Positions 20,481-29,664 are shown, counted from the stretch's first letter. The stretch: DNA of 64,000 nucleotides from Dehalococcoidia bacterium (GCA_022820645.1 JAJEFD010000013.1:71308-135307), one strand, 5' to 3'. Notes: generated by a model from the letters alone, not told the origin. Program-made: numbers and translations.

Positions 20481-20509
20481 TTGCATGTCCGCACATGAGG
20501 GCTTACAGT
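20481..20509 (+). promoter_or_regulatory. candidate sigma70-type promoter (TTGCAT-17 nt-TACAGT)
   Basis: TTGCAT at 20481-20486, a 17-nt spacer, then TACAGT at 20504-20509. Pattern match only. Confidence 0.3.
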
Positions 20510-20612
20510 GGACTCAAGGAGCCTTGCCGGAGGCGGGCGGTCGAGTTCTGCGGAGGCAGACGCGGTCCAGGTGCCGCTCCGGAAGGGTCCGCTGAACGAA
20601 AGGAGGTGCACC

Positions 20613-20684
20613 ATGGGCATACGCGCGGTCTACGTGCTGCATCACCGGTGGCACTTCCCTTGTCCGGCCCTCCCGCCGGCGTAA
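20613..20684 (+). CDS. candidate 23-codon micro-ORF (MGIRAVYVLHHRWHFPCPALPPA)
   Basis: The near-perfect SD GAAAGGAGGTG (20598-20608) lies 6 nt before ATG 20613, and the TAA stop is at 20682-20684. It is too short for the ORF track. An anti-SD CACTTCCCTT (20652-20661) lies inside the ORF. Confidence 0.25.
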   Translation: MGIRAVYVLHHRWHFPCPALPPA

Positions 20685-20851
20685 CGCGCTGACGGAGGAG
20701 GGCAAGCGGAAGCCGGAAGCTCCGTTACACAGAGCAGGCAGAAGCGCCCGGAACGGCTCGACGAAGCCCGAGGCGGCCTGAGTCCGGCAGTGATTGCCGG
20801 GAACGGCAACGGAGCGGAAGGTGAGCCCCGCGCGACGCGGGGCACAAACCA

Positions 20852-20890
20852 GTGCCGGAGCGGCTGGCAAGCCTCTCCGGCACTTTTATT
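20852..20890 (+). terminator. intrinsic (rho-independent) terminator
   Basis: GTGCCGGAG (20852-20860) pairs with CTCCGGCAC (20875-20883). There is an inner GGCT/AGCC extension, and TTTTATT follows. Confidence 0.7.
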
Positions 20891-20893
20891 CTC

Positions 20894-20920
20894 GTCATTC
20901 CCGCGAAAGCGGGAATCCAG
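20894..20920 (+). repeat. type-A REP hairpin copy
   Basis: gtcattcccgcgaaagcgggaatccag, immediately after the terminator T-run. Confidence 0.9.
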
Positions 20921-20967
20921 GAGCGTTCGCCAAGGCACACGGCCACGCGGTGTGGCGGCACTCGCTC

Positions 20968-22029
20968 TTACACCCCGTAGAACGCCGCCGGGTTGTCCTC
21001 CAGGATCTTCCGCGCGACCGTCTCGCTGATGCGTCCCTCCGACGCCCAGCGGCGCACCGCGTCGATCGCGTCCGGCTCCGCCGACGTATCGAAGTGCGAG
21101 TAGTCGGTGCCCATCATCAGGCTGTCCTCGGTGCCGTAGGTCAGGATGTGCGAGATGTCCTCGACCGCGTCCACGGCCACGAAGAACTTGTTCTTCTTGA
21201 AGAGGTCTTCGCCCATCTCGAACTTCCGTATCCAGGAGCGCCGCTTCTTCTCGGCCTTCAGCCGGTCGACCACGTACGGGATCCACGTCGAGCCCGCCTC
21301 GATGAAGCCCCAGCGGATGTTCGGGAACTTGTCCGGCACCTCGTAGAGCACCAGCGCGTGGAACGCGTCCATGATGGGGATGCCGCCCAGGCTGTCGCCG
21401 TGTCCCAGCCGCGCCTCGGTGGGGTTGCCCGCGCCCGTGTGGATGCAGACCGGCATGTCCAGCGCGCTCGCCTCCTCGTACAGCGGGAAGAAGTACGGGT
21501 CGCTGACGCGCCTGCCGTGCTCCAGCCCGCGCTTGAACACACCCACCGCGCCGTTCTCTTTCGCCCAGCGCAGGTAGCTCACCGCCGCGTCCATGTCCAG
21601 CAGCGGCGGGACCGCGACCCACCGCAGCCGTCCCTCCGTCGGGGCGCACTTGCTGGAGACGTAGCGGCTCCAGCTGTCGACCAGCGCGCGCTCCGCCTCC
21701 GGGTTGCCGGTGATGTAGGAGAGGAAGAACGTCGGGTAGATGACGTGCATGTCGACCCCGCGCTCGTCCATGTGCTGCAGCCGTTCGTTCACGTCCAGCA
21801 GCTCGCGCGAGTTGAGCGTCGTGCCGGTCAGCTCGTCGTTGCGGATCATCCGCTGGCGGAGCCTGCCGTCCACGAGCCACCACCTGCTCGCCGAGGCGTC
21901 CATCCCGCCGGGGACCACGCCCTCGGGCGGGGAGATCGTGACGGGGCGGAACCGCGCCGCCGCGCCCTCCATGTACTGCCACGCCTCTTCCGGTTCGTCG
22001 ATGTGGGTATCTGCGTCTATAACGGGCAT
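20968..22029 (-). CDS. amidohydrolase-2 (ACMSD-like) family metal-dependent hydrolase
   Basis: MPVIDADTHIDEPEEAWQYMEG...DMHVIYPT...VCIHTG...GTDYSHFD. The SD gggggagg lies before ATG 22029. Confidence 0.85.
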   Translation of the reverse strand: MPVIDADTHIDEPEEAWQYMEGAAARFRPVTISPPEGVVPGGMDASASRWWLVDGRLRQRMIRNDELTGTTLNSRELLDVNERLQHMDERGVDMHVIYPTFFLSYITGNPEAERALVDSWSRYVSSKCAPTEGRLRWVAVPPLLDMDAAVSYLRWAKENGAVGVFKRGLEHGRRVSDPYFFPLYEEASALDMPVCIHTGAGNPTEARLGHGDSLGGIPIMDAFHALVLYEVPDKFPNIRWGFIEAGSTWIPYVVDRLKAEKKRRSWIRKFEMGEDLFKKNKFFVAVDAVEDISHILTYGTEDSLMMGTDYSHFDTSAEPDAIDAVRRWASEGRISETVARKILEDNPAAFYGV

Positions 22030-22327
22030 GTCGCGCCTCCCCCGTTCGTGCTCGCATGCGGCTGCCACCGCGCGCGCAGTCTACTACGCCCCGCCTCAGG
22101 TGCAACGCCCATATCCTGTGCATCCTGCACATCCCTGTCGATTGTCGGATGTGTGACACGCGCCACTTGCGCGAATGTCCGACCGTGCCGCACGATGGTA
22201 GAGCGCGATAACAGAGCGCGCACTTGAACCCTTGCGGACAAGCCGCAGGAAGACCGCTGCCCCCTCAGCGAAGAGCACGAGGGGGCTTTCTGTGTTAACC
22301 GGGTATCCGGGTGGAGAAGGTGGACCC

Positions 22328-23905
22328 GTGGCAGAAGACCTCACAAGATACAGGAACGACCCCGTCGGCTTCGTGACGGACGTGCTCGGCGAGGCAGGGG
22401 CGCCGTACTCGAAGCAGGTCGAGATGCTCGAGGCGGTCGTGGAGCATCGGCGCGTCTCGGTCGTCGGAGCGAACGGCTCCGGCAAGGACTGGACCGCCGC
22501 ACGCGCCGTGCTCTGGTGGCTGGAGACACGTCCGGAGGCCACCGTCCTCGTCACGGGCCCGACCCAGCGGCAGGTCGAGGAGATCGTCTGGCAGCAGATG
22601 CGCCTGGCGCACGCAGCCGGGGAAGACCGCCTCAGCGGGAAGATGTTCACGTCGAAGTACCGCATCGACGACAAGCGTTTCGCCATCGGCTTCTCCACCA
22701 ACAAGGCCTGCAACATCCAGGGCTTCCACTCCCCGGAACTGCTCGTCATCGTCACGGAGGCGCACGCCATGCCCCAGGACCAGATGGACGCCATCAAGCG
22801 CCTGCACCCCAACCGGTTGCTGCTCGTGGGCAACGCCATGTCGCTCGACGGCGAGTTCTACGAGTCCCACCACTCGAAGCGCGCCCGCTATCACCGCATC
22901 CGCATCTCCGCCTACGACACGCCCAACTTCACCGGCGAGAACGGCGGCGTCCCCGGGATGATCACGCCCGACGACGTCGAGGAGCTCGCCCTCGACTGGT
23001 CGGAGGACCACCCCGCGTACGTCTCCGCCGTCCTCGCGCAGTTCCCGGACGCCCAGGAGGACTCGCTCGTCGTACGCGACGCCGTGGAAGCCGCCATGGA
23101 GCGCGGCGAGGCTCTGCTCGATTGTCATTCCGAGCGGAGCGCAGCAGAGCCGAGGAATCTCTCGGGTGCAGACCCCGCTGTGGACGAACGTTCTCCGAGA
23201 GATGTTTCGACTTCGCTCAACATGACAGCCCTGTCCGTCGACGACCCCGACGCGGGCATGCCCGTCTACGTGGGCGTCGACGTGGCGCGGTTCGGCTTCG
23301 ACAAGTCCGCCATCTGCGTGCGGCGCGGGCAGCGCGTGCTGAGCCTGCGCTCCTTCCAGGGGATGGACACGATGCGGCTGGTCCACGAGATCCTGCAGAC
23401 GGTGGAGCAGACGGGCGCAGAGGCCATCTTCGTGGATGAGGGCGGTATCGGCGGGGGCGTCGTGGACAGGCTGAAGGAGCTCGGGGCGCCCGTCTACGGC
23501 AAGCACTTCGGCGGGAAAGCGCCGCACCGCACGCGCTTCTACAACATGCGCTCCGAGTTCTTCTGGGAGTTGCGGCTGCTGCTCAACGACGGCCTCGTCG
23601 CGCTGCCGCGCGACGAGGAGCTCGCCGGACAGCTGGTCTCGCTGCGCTACGACGTATCGAGTTCCGGTCAGGTGCGGCTGCAGGGGAAGAAGGAGATGCG
23701 GAAGCGGGGCCTGCCGTCGCCCGACAAGGCGGACGCGCTCGCGCTTGCTTTCCTCGTGCCGCCGTCGCTCGGCATCTGGACGGGCACCGAGCCCCTCCTC
23801 GACGACGACCGCCGTTCGCCGCACTTCGGCCTCGGCTACCGGCCTCCGCCCGATGAGGACTCGCAGCCCAGCCCCAGCCTCGGGATATGGTTCGGACGAC
23901 CTTGA
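22328..23905 (+). CDS. phage terminase large subunit-like protein (orphan), carrying an in-frame repeat insertion
   Basis: ATPase motifs: VSVVGANGSGKDW (Walker A) and PELLVIVTEAH (Walker B). RNase H-fold nuclease motifs: VGVDVARFGFDKSAI, FVDEGGIGGGVVDRL, SPDKADALALAF. GTG 22328 after ggtggagaagg is my start guess; the track ATG is 22232. Confidence 0.8.
   Translation: MAEDLTRYRNDPVGFVTDVLGEAGAPYSKQVEMLEAVVEHRRVSVVGANGSGKDWTAARAVLWWLETRPEATVLVTGPTQRQVEEIVWQQMRLAHAAGEDRLSGKMFTSKYRIDDKRFAIGFSTNKACNIQGFHSPELLVIVTEAHAMPQDQMDAIKRLHPNRLLLVGNAMSLDGEFYESHHSKRARYHRIRISAYDTPNFTGENGGVPGMITPDDVEELALDWSEDHPAYVSAVLAQFPDAQEDSLVVRDAVEAAMERGEALLDCHSERSAAEPRNLSGADPAVDERSPRDVSTSLNMTALSVDDPDAGMPVYVGVDVARFGFDKSAICVRRGQRVLSLRSFQGMDTMRLVHEILQTVEQTGAEAIFVDEGGIGGGVVDRLKELGAPVYGKHFGGKAPHRTRFYNMRSEFFWELRLLLNDGLVALPRDEELAGQLVSLRYDVSSSGQVRLQGKKEMRKRGLPSPDKADALALAFLVPPSLGIWTGTEPLLDDDRRSPHFGLGYRPPPDEDSQPSPSLGIWFGRP
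23123..23227 (+). mobile_element. 105-nt MITE-like inverted-repeat element inserted in frame inside the terminase-like CDS
   Basis: Left arm tgtcattccgagcggagcgcagcagagccgaggaatctctcgg, ~30-nt core, right arm ccgagagatgtttcgacttcgctcaacatgaca. The architecture matches the intergenic copy at 24005-24119. It translates as CHSERSAAEPRNLSGADPAVDERSPRDVSTSLNMT. Confidence 0.8.
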
Positions 23906-23936
23906 TCGGAGGAGGCCGCGTCATGCCGCGATCCTC

Positions 23937-23963
23937 GTCATTCCCGCGAAGGCGGGAATCCAG
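23937..23963 (+). repeat. type-A REP hairpin copy
   Basis: gtcattcccgcgaaggcgggaatccag, followed by a second hairpin gtgaccgtgaggtcac. Confidence 0.9.
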
Positions 23964-24004
23964 AGTGACCGTGAGGTCACACGGTGGGGAGGTGCGAGGA
24001 GGGG

Positions 24005-24119
24005 TGTCATGTTGAGCGGAGCCGGAGGCGCAGTCGAGATATCTCTCGGGATGCGTTGGCTGCCATGCGGCGTTATCCGAGAGATTCCTCGACTCCGCTG
24101 CGCTGCGCTCGGAATGACA
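24005..24119 (+). mobile_element. 115-nt MITE-like inverted-repeat element (intergenic full-length copy)
   Basis: tgtcatgttgagcggagccggaggcgcagtcgagatatctctcgg ... ccgagagattcctcgactccgctgcgctgcgctcggaatgaca. The arms are imperfect inverted repeats of each other. Confidence 0.8.
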
Positions 24120-24140
24120 GTGACGGGTGAGGGGCTTCCC

Positions 24141-25193
<1,053 letters not shown>

Positions 25194-25256
25194 CGTCCTT
25201 CGTCCTTCACCGGGGGGATACGGGGATTCTACCAGCGCCTGCTAAACTGGGGAGCG

Positions 25257-25769
25257 ATGGTCGCGTTCCTCTACAAGCACGGGCTGGTCATCCTGATCGC
25301 GCTGCTGGCGTTCACGGCGGACCAGTTCTCCAAACTGGGCATCGAGCTCTACCTCCCGATGTATTCGTCCTGGCCGGAGGAGGGTTTCTTCCGTTTCACG
25401 CACGTCGCGAACACGGGAAGCGCGTTCGGGCTCTTCGGCGGGAACAACATGCCGCTGACCATCGCCTCCATCGTCGGCATCGTCGTGCTCGTCCTCTTCT
25501 ACCGCTCGCAGGGCACGCCGGGCGTCTGGGTGCAGACGAGCCTGGGCCTGATGTTCGCGGGCGCGTTCGGGAACCTGGCCGACCGCATCAGGCTGGGGCA
25601 CGTCACCGACTTCATCGACGTCGGCCCCTGGTACATCTTCAACCTCGCGGACGCGTCCATCGTCACCGGCATCATCATCTTCGGTGCGATGCTCCTCTTG
25701 ACCCGCCCGGCGCCCCGCCCCACGCTCGTCACAACGAGCACCCCCGGCGACGAGGAGTACGTCGATTAG
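25257..25769 (+). CDS. lspA: lipoprotein signal peptidase II
   Basis: FTADQFSKL...HVANTGSAFGLF...GAFGNLADRIRLGHVTDFID...FNLADASI, the LspA catalytic Asp motifs. ATG 25257 lies within track ORF 23745..25769. Confidence 0.9.
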   Translation: MVAFLYKHGLVILIALLAFTADQFSKLGIELYLPMYSSWPEEGFFRFTHVANTGSAFGLFGGNNMPLTIASIVGIVVLVLFYRSQGTPGVWVQTSLGLMFAGAFGNLADRIRLGHVTDFIDVGPWYIFNLADASIVTGIIIFGAMLLLTRPAPRPTLVTTSTPGDEEYVD

Positions 25770-25794
25770 GGAGAGGGGACCAGAGAGCACGGAA

Positions 25795-26706
25795 GTGCGG
25801 TTCACCGCAAGCGAGGCCGACACCGGCTCGCGGGTGGACACGTTCGTGCAGGCGCGGGACCCGTCGTTCAGCCGCTCGCGGGCGGCCGCGCTGGCGCGCG
25901 ATGGCCATGTCACCCTCAACGGACGCCCCGTCAAGCCGTCGGCCGCCGTGCGCGGCGGCGACGTGGTGGTCGTCGTCGTGCCGCCGCCGTCGCCGCTCGA
26001 CCTCGCGCCGCAGGACATCCCCGTCGGCATCGTCTACGAGGACGACCAGCTCATCGTGGTGGACAAGCCTGCGGGGCTCACGGTGCACCCCGCGCCGGGA
26101 CACCCGGACGGCACGCTCGTGAACGCGCTGCTGGCGCTCGTGCCGGACCTGCCGGGCATCGGGGGCGTGGAACGCCCCGGCATCGTGCACCGGCTCGACA
26201 AGGACACGTCCGGGCTCATCGTCGTGGCGAAGACGGACGCGGCGCACCGCAGCCTCTCGCGGCAGATGAAGGAGCGCAGCGTCGACAAGTCTTACGTCGC
26301 GTTGACGACCGGGGCGATACGCGATCCCATAGGCGAGATCGACGCGCCCGTCGGCAGGCATCCGAAGCAGCGCAAGAAGATGGCGGTGGTGGAGGGAGGA
26401 CGCGCTGCCCTTACGCAGTATCGGGTCGTCGAACGCTTCGACGGGCCGCGCGGCAGGTTCACGCTGGTCGAGGCGCATCCGGTCACCGGGCGCACGCACC
26501 AGATACGCGTGCATCTCGCCTCGATCGGCCACCCGCTCGTGGGCGATCCGGTGTACGGCAGACACTCGCCGCTCGTGCCCCGGCACTTCCTGCACGCTGC
26601 GCGGCTGGAGATAGCGATGCCTCCGGGGGAAACGGAGCGTAAGACGTTCGAGTCGCCGCTGCCGGACGACCTCTCCGACACGCTGTCGGAGTTGCGGAGC
26701 GTCTAA
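25795..26706 (+). CDS. rluD: RluA-family 23S rRNA pseudouridine synthase (RluD-like) with S4 domain
   Basis: HRLDKDTSGLIVVAKT catalytic motif plus GRTHQIRVHLASIGHPLVGDPVYG. GTG start. Confidence 0.9.
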   Translation: MRFTASEADTGSRVDTFVQARDPSFSRSRAAALARDGHVTLNGRPVKPSAAVRGGDVVVVVVPPPSPLDLAPQDIPVGIVYEDDQLIVVDKPAGLTVHPAPGHPDGTLVNALLALVPDLPGIGGVERPGIVHRLDKDTSGLIVVAKTDAAHRSLSRQMKERSVDKSYVALTTGAIRDPIGEIDAPVGRHPKQRKKMAVVEGGRAALTQYRVVERFDGPRGRFTLVEAHPVTGRTHQIRVHLASIGHPLVGDPVYGRHSPLVPRHFLHAARLEIAMPPGETERKTFESPLPDDLSDTLSELRSV

Positions 26707-28706
26707 CCTCCCGTGAACCAGTTGCGGATGAACGGCTCCGGGTAGATGACGAAGAGGATGTTGTCCAGGAACACCTTGATGAATATGCCGACGACCGCGG
26801 CGGCGATGAGCGCCATGAGGAACCGCCCGTAGCCGCGCAGCAGCACGATCGGCCCCGCGAGCGCGAACGCAAGGGCTCCCCACCTGAGTCCTACGGTCGT
26901 GCCGATCAGCAGGAAGAGAGCGAACAGGCCCAGCATCCGGTACGCCGCCTCCCGCGCGCCCTCGGCGTTTCCACTGACGAGGCCGAGGTCCATGATGGTG
27001 GAGGGACGCGGCCGGCCACGAAGCCCGCGGAACAGCTCGAAACCGAGCAGCACCAGCGCGATGACCGGCAGCCAGAACGGGTAGGTGGTGAACCGCCAGC
27101 GGTCCTGCACGGGGTGCGACAGGTGGTCTGACAGCATCAGCGCCATCCCCGCCATGACCACGAGCGGGATGAGCACGTCCGGGTTCAGGAAGCGCTCCTT
27201 CCACCCTCGGGTTGGGGTGCTTTCGGCGCCGGCCTCCTCCACCGCGAGCTCCGTTTCGCGCTCCATGCGTCTGACGGAGCGTAGGAGCACCGCAGCGACG
27301 GTGATCGCGATGAGCAGGATGACGATGGTGATGGGGCGGGTGAGCGATCCGGGATAGCCGTGGATGCTGACCGCGTTGAAGTGGTTGCGCTCGATGACGT
27401 CGACGAGGATGAAGCCGAGGATCATGGGCGGCCTCGGCCAGTTGTAGCGCTTCATCACGAGCCCCATCGCACCGATGCCGAGGGCGATCTGGATGCCGCG
27501 CCAGCTCGTCGTGTCCACGAACGTGGAGAGCAGCGCGATAGGGATGACGACCGCGCCGATGATGGGATACGGGACAGCGGTGAGGCGCGCGAGGAAGCCG
27601 GTGACGCCCACGCCGATGCCGGAGATGATGAGGTTCGCGAGCGCCAGCGTTATCACGAGGAGGATGGTGATGTGGGCCTGCGAGCCCAGCATCTCCGGGC
27701 CGGGTGCGACGCCGTACGGGATCATGGCCACCACGACGAGCGCCCACGTCGGCGCGCCGGGGACGCCGAGCGCCAGCGTGGGGAGCGCCGCGCCCGCCTC
27801 TTTCGCGTTCTGGGCGGACTCCGCGAAGAGCACGCCGTCCAGCGAGCCCTTGCCGAACTCCGAGCGGTCCTTCGCGAGGATGATGCCGAACGCGTACGCC
27901 AGCCAGTCCACCACGGCGGAGCCGACGCCGGGGATCGCCCCGAGGAAGACGCCGAAGGCGGACTGCCGCACCGTCATCTTCCACCGGGAGATGCCGTAGC
28001 CCACGCCGCGCAGGACCTCGCTTCTGCCGAAGGTCGCGCCCTCCGCGGCCACCGGACGGCGGCTCATCATCAGGTCGACGAGCTCCGGCAGCGCGAACAG
28101 GCCGATGATGAACGGCACGAGCGGCATGCTCACGAACGGGTCCACCGTCAGCCTGCCCATCGTGCCGATGATGCCGAGCAGCATCCCCACGATCGCGGAG
28201 ATGAGGCCGCGCACCATCGCGCCCCGGCTCAGCACGATGACCATGGCGATGCCGACCATGCCAGTCGCCGCTATCTCCGGGAAGCCGAAGCGGAGCACGA
28301 ACGGGCGCGCGACAGGGATGGCGATGGTGAGCAGCGCCGCCCCGACGATGCCGCCCAGCGCGGAGACGGCGTAGACCGCGCCGAGCGTATGCGCGGCGTA
28401 CCCCCGCCGGGCGAGCTGGTGGCCTTCCAGGAACGTCACCTGCGTCGCGGCGCTCGGTTGCCCGATGAGGATGGCGGGCACGGAGTCGAGCGTGTTGCTG
28501 ACGCCGCTGATGGTCGCGAGGGCGACGAGCCCGATGGCGGGTTCGTCGACCTCGAAGAGGATGAAGGGGAAGGCGAGCGCCATCACGAGGAAGGCGTTCA
28601 TGCCGGGGATCGCGCTCGCGAGGGCGGCGAGCGCGACGACGCTGAGGAGCACGGCCCAGTAGACGGGGTCGAGCAGGTAGCCGAGCGCCGTGAGGATGGC
28701 TTCCAT
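26703..28706 (-). CDS. tripartite tricarboxylate transporter permease, TctA with C-terminal TctB-like extension
   Basis: The first ~500 aa are TctA-like (MEAILTALGYLLDPVYWAVLL...GMNAFLVMALAFPFI...). An extra ~160 aa with 4 further hydrophobic helices follow, giving 667 aa in total. The TctB assignment is inference. Confidence 0.8.
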   Translation of the reverse strand: MEAILTALGYLLDPVYWAVLLSVVALAALASAIPGMNAFLVMALAFPFILFEVDEPAIGLVALATISGVSNTLDSVPAILIGQPSAATQVTFLEGHQLARRGYAAHTLGAVYAVSALGGIVGAALLTIAIPVARPFVLRFGFPEIAATGMVGIAMVIVLSRGAMVRGLISAIVGMLLGIIGTMGRLTVDPFVSMPLVPFIIGLFALPELVDLMMSRRPVAAEGATFGRSEVLRGVGYGISRWKMTVRQSAFGVFLGAIPGVGSAVVDWLAYAFGIILAKDRSEFGKGSLDGVLFAESAQNAKEAGAALPTLALGVPGAPTWALVVVAMIPYGVAPGPEMLGSQAHITILLVITLALANLIISGIGVGVTGFLARLTAVPYPIIGAVVIPIALLSTFVDTTSWRGIQIALGIGAMGLVMKRYNWPRPPMILGFILVDVIERNHFNAVSIHGYPGSLTRPITIVILLIAITVAAVLLRSVRRMERETELAVEEAGAESTPTRGWKERFLNPDVLIPLVVMAGMALMLSDHLSHPVQDRWRFTTYPFWLPVIALVLLGFELFRGLRGRPRPSTIMDLGLVSGNAEGAREAAYRMLGLFALFLLIGTTVGLRWGALAFALAGPIVLLRGYGRFLMALIAAAVVGIFIKVFLDNILFVIYPEPFIRNWFTGG

Positions 28707-28716
28707 GGGCTAGGCG

Positions 28717-29664
28717 CTAGAGGACGGCAATCGGGTTCAGGGGCGAGCCGGTCGCCAGCGGGAAGTTCATCGGCGCGACGGTGAACATGAACTCGTAGCG
28801 GCCCACCTGCGCGCACGCCTCGGCGAGCGCGTCGAAGTCGGCGTTGTCGACGAGCCAGAGGCCCATCGCGACCTGCCCCACCGAGTGGATGGGGCCGAAG
28901 AAACGGTCGTAGCCGGTGGGGCGCACCTCCTGCGCGCTGTCGCACGCGAGGACGGAGATACCGCGCTCGTGGAGCCAGGGGAGGCAGGAGGCGTGCAGGC
29001 CGGCGCGTCCGCCCTCGCGCGGCACGGGGCCGAGCATGTAGCGCCGCTTCGACCAGCCGAACCGGAGCAAGAGCGCATCGCCCTCCTCGACGCGGACGCC
29101 GTGCGCCTTCTCCGCCGCCTCGAGGTCGTCCACGTAGGCGGCCTCGCCGGGCTCGTACCAGAGCACGTCGCGCATCCTCGCGAGGTCGAGGAGCACGCCC
29201 TTGGTGACGAGTCCGTCCTTCATGCCGTCGACCGCGCCGAACGCCGCCTTCCCGCTCGACGATATGAGGCTGGAGGGGCGTCCGTTGTACATCTTCCCCT
29301 GCCAGAACTGGTGACAGAGCGCGTCCAGGTGCGTCTGGCCGGGGCCGTGGATGGCCATGCCGAAGTAGTCGGCGGAGGTCTGGGTCGTCCACTCCTTCTC
29401 GTCGTCGAGGCAGTACTCCTCGCCGGTGTCGACCATGAAGTGGACGGGCGTTATCGGCTGGTCGAGCGCGTACTGGGTGCTGACGGGGCGCGCGCAGCCG
29501 ATGCTGAGGCCGTCCTTGACGAGCGCCGCGGCCTGCCTGCGCTTCTCCGGCGTGACGAGGTTGAGCGTGCCGAGCTCGTCGTCGTCGCCCCAGCGTCCCC
29601 AGTTGCTGAGCGATTCGAAGTAGCCGAGCACTTCCTCTTCGGTGGGCAGTTGGCGCGTGGTCAT
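28717..29664 (-). CDS. cyclase family protein (kynurenine formamidase-like)
   Basis: SNWGRWGDDDELGTLNLVTPEKRRQAA..., HGPGQTHLDALCH, and a C-terminal ATGSPLNPIAV pattern typical of putative cyclases. Confidence 0.8.
   Translation of the reverse strand: MTTRQLPTEEEVLGYFESLSNWGRWGDDDELGTLNLVTPEKRRQAAALVKDGLSIGCARPVSTQYALDQPITPVHFMVDTGEEYCLDDEKEWTTQTSADYFGMAIHGPGQTHLDALCHQFWQGKMYNGRPSSLISSSGKAAFGAVDGMKDGLVTKGVLLDLARMRDVLWYEPGEAAYVDDLEAAEKAHGVRVEEGDALLLRFGWSKRRYMLGPVPREGGRAGLHASCLPWLHERGISVLACDSAQEVRPTGYDRFFGPIHSVGQVAMGLWLVDNADFDALAEACAQVGRYEFMFTVAPMNFPLATGSPLNPIAVL

Larger units (their letters stand above)
20516..20890 (+). ncRNA. candidate structured RNA / small-ORF transcript of unknown class (~370 nt)
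   Basis: It is bounded by the promoter-like element and a strong intrinsic terminator. It holds multiple GC-rich hairpins (20547-20560, 20784-20800, 20825-20843). I recognised no RNase P, tmRNA, SRP or riboswitch consensus. Confidence 0.35.

Noticed and set aside
20400-20950. Candidate RNA as RNase P RNA, tmRNA, SRP RNA, 6S RNA or a cobalamin/TPP/SAM riboswitch
   Set aside because: I searched by eye on both strands for the universal cores and found only weak partial resemblances. The cores were GGAAAGTCC / ACAGAACCCGGCTTA, a tRNA-like 3' end with a tag ORF, GGAAGCAGC helix 8, the B12 box and CTGAGA. It is kept as an unclassified candidate rather than assigned.
25729-27984. 751-aa minus-strand ORF
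   Set aside because: It is out of frame with TctA and antisense to rluD. It is Arg/Pro/His-rich, and the real genes are well supported.
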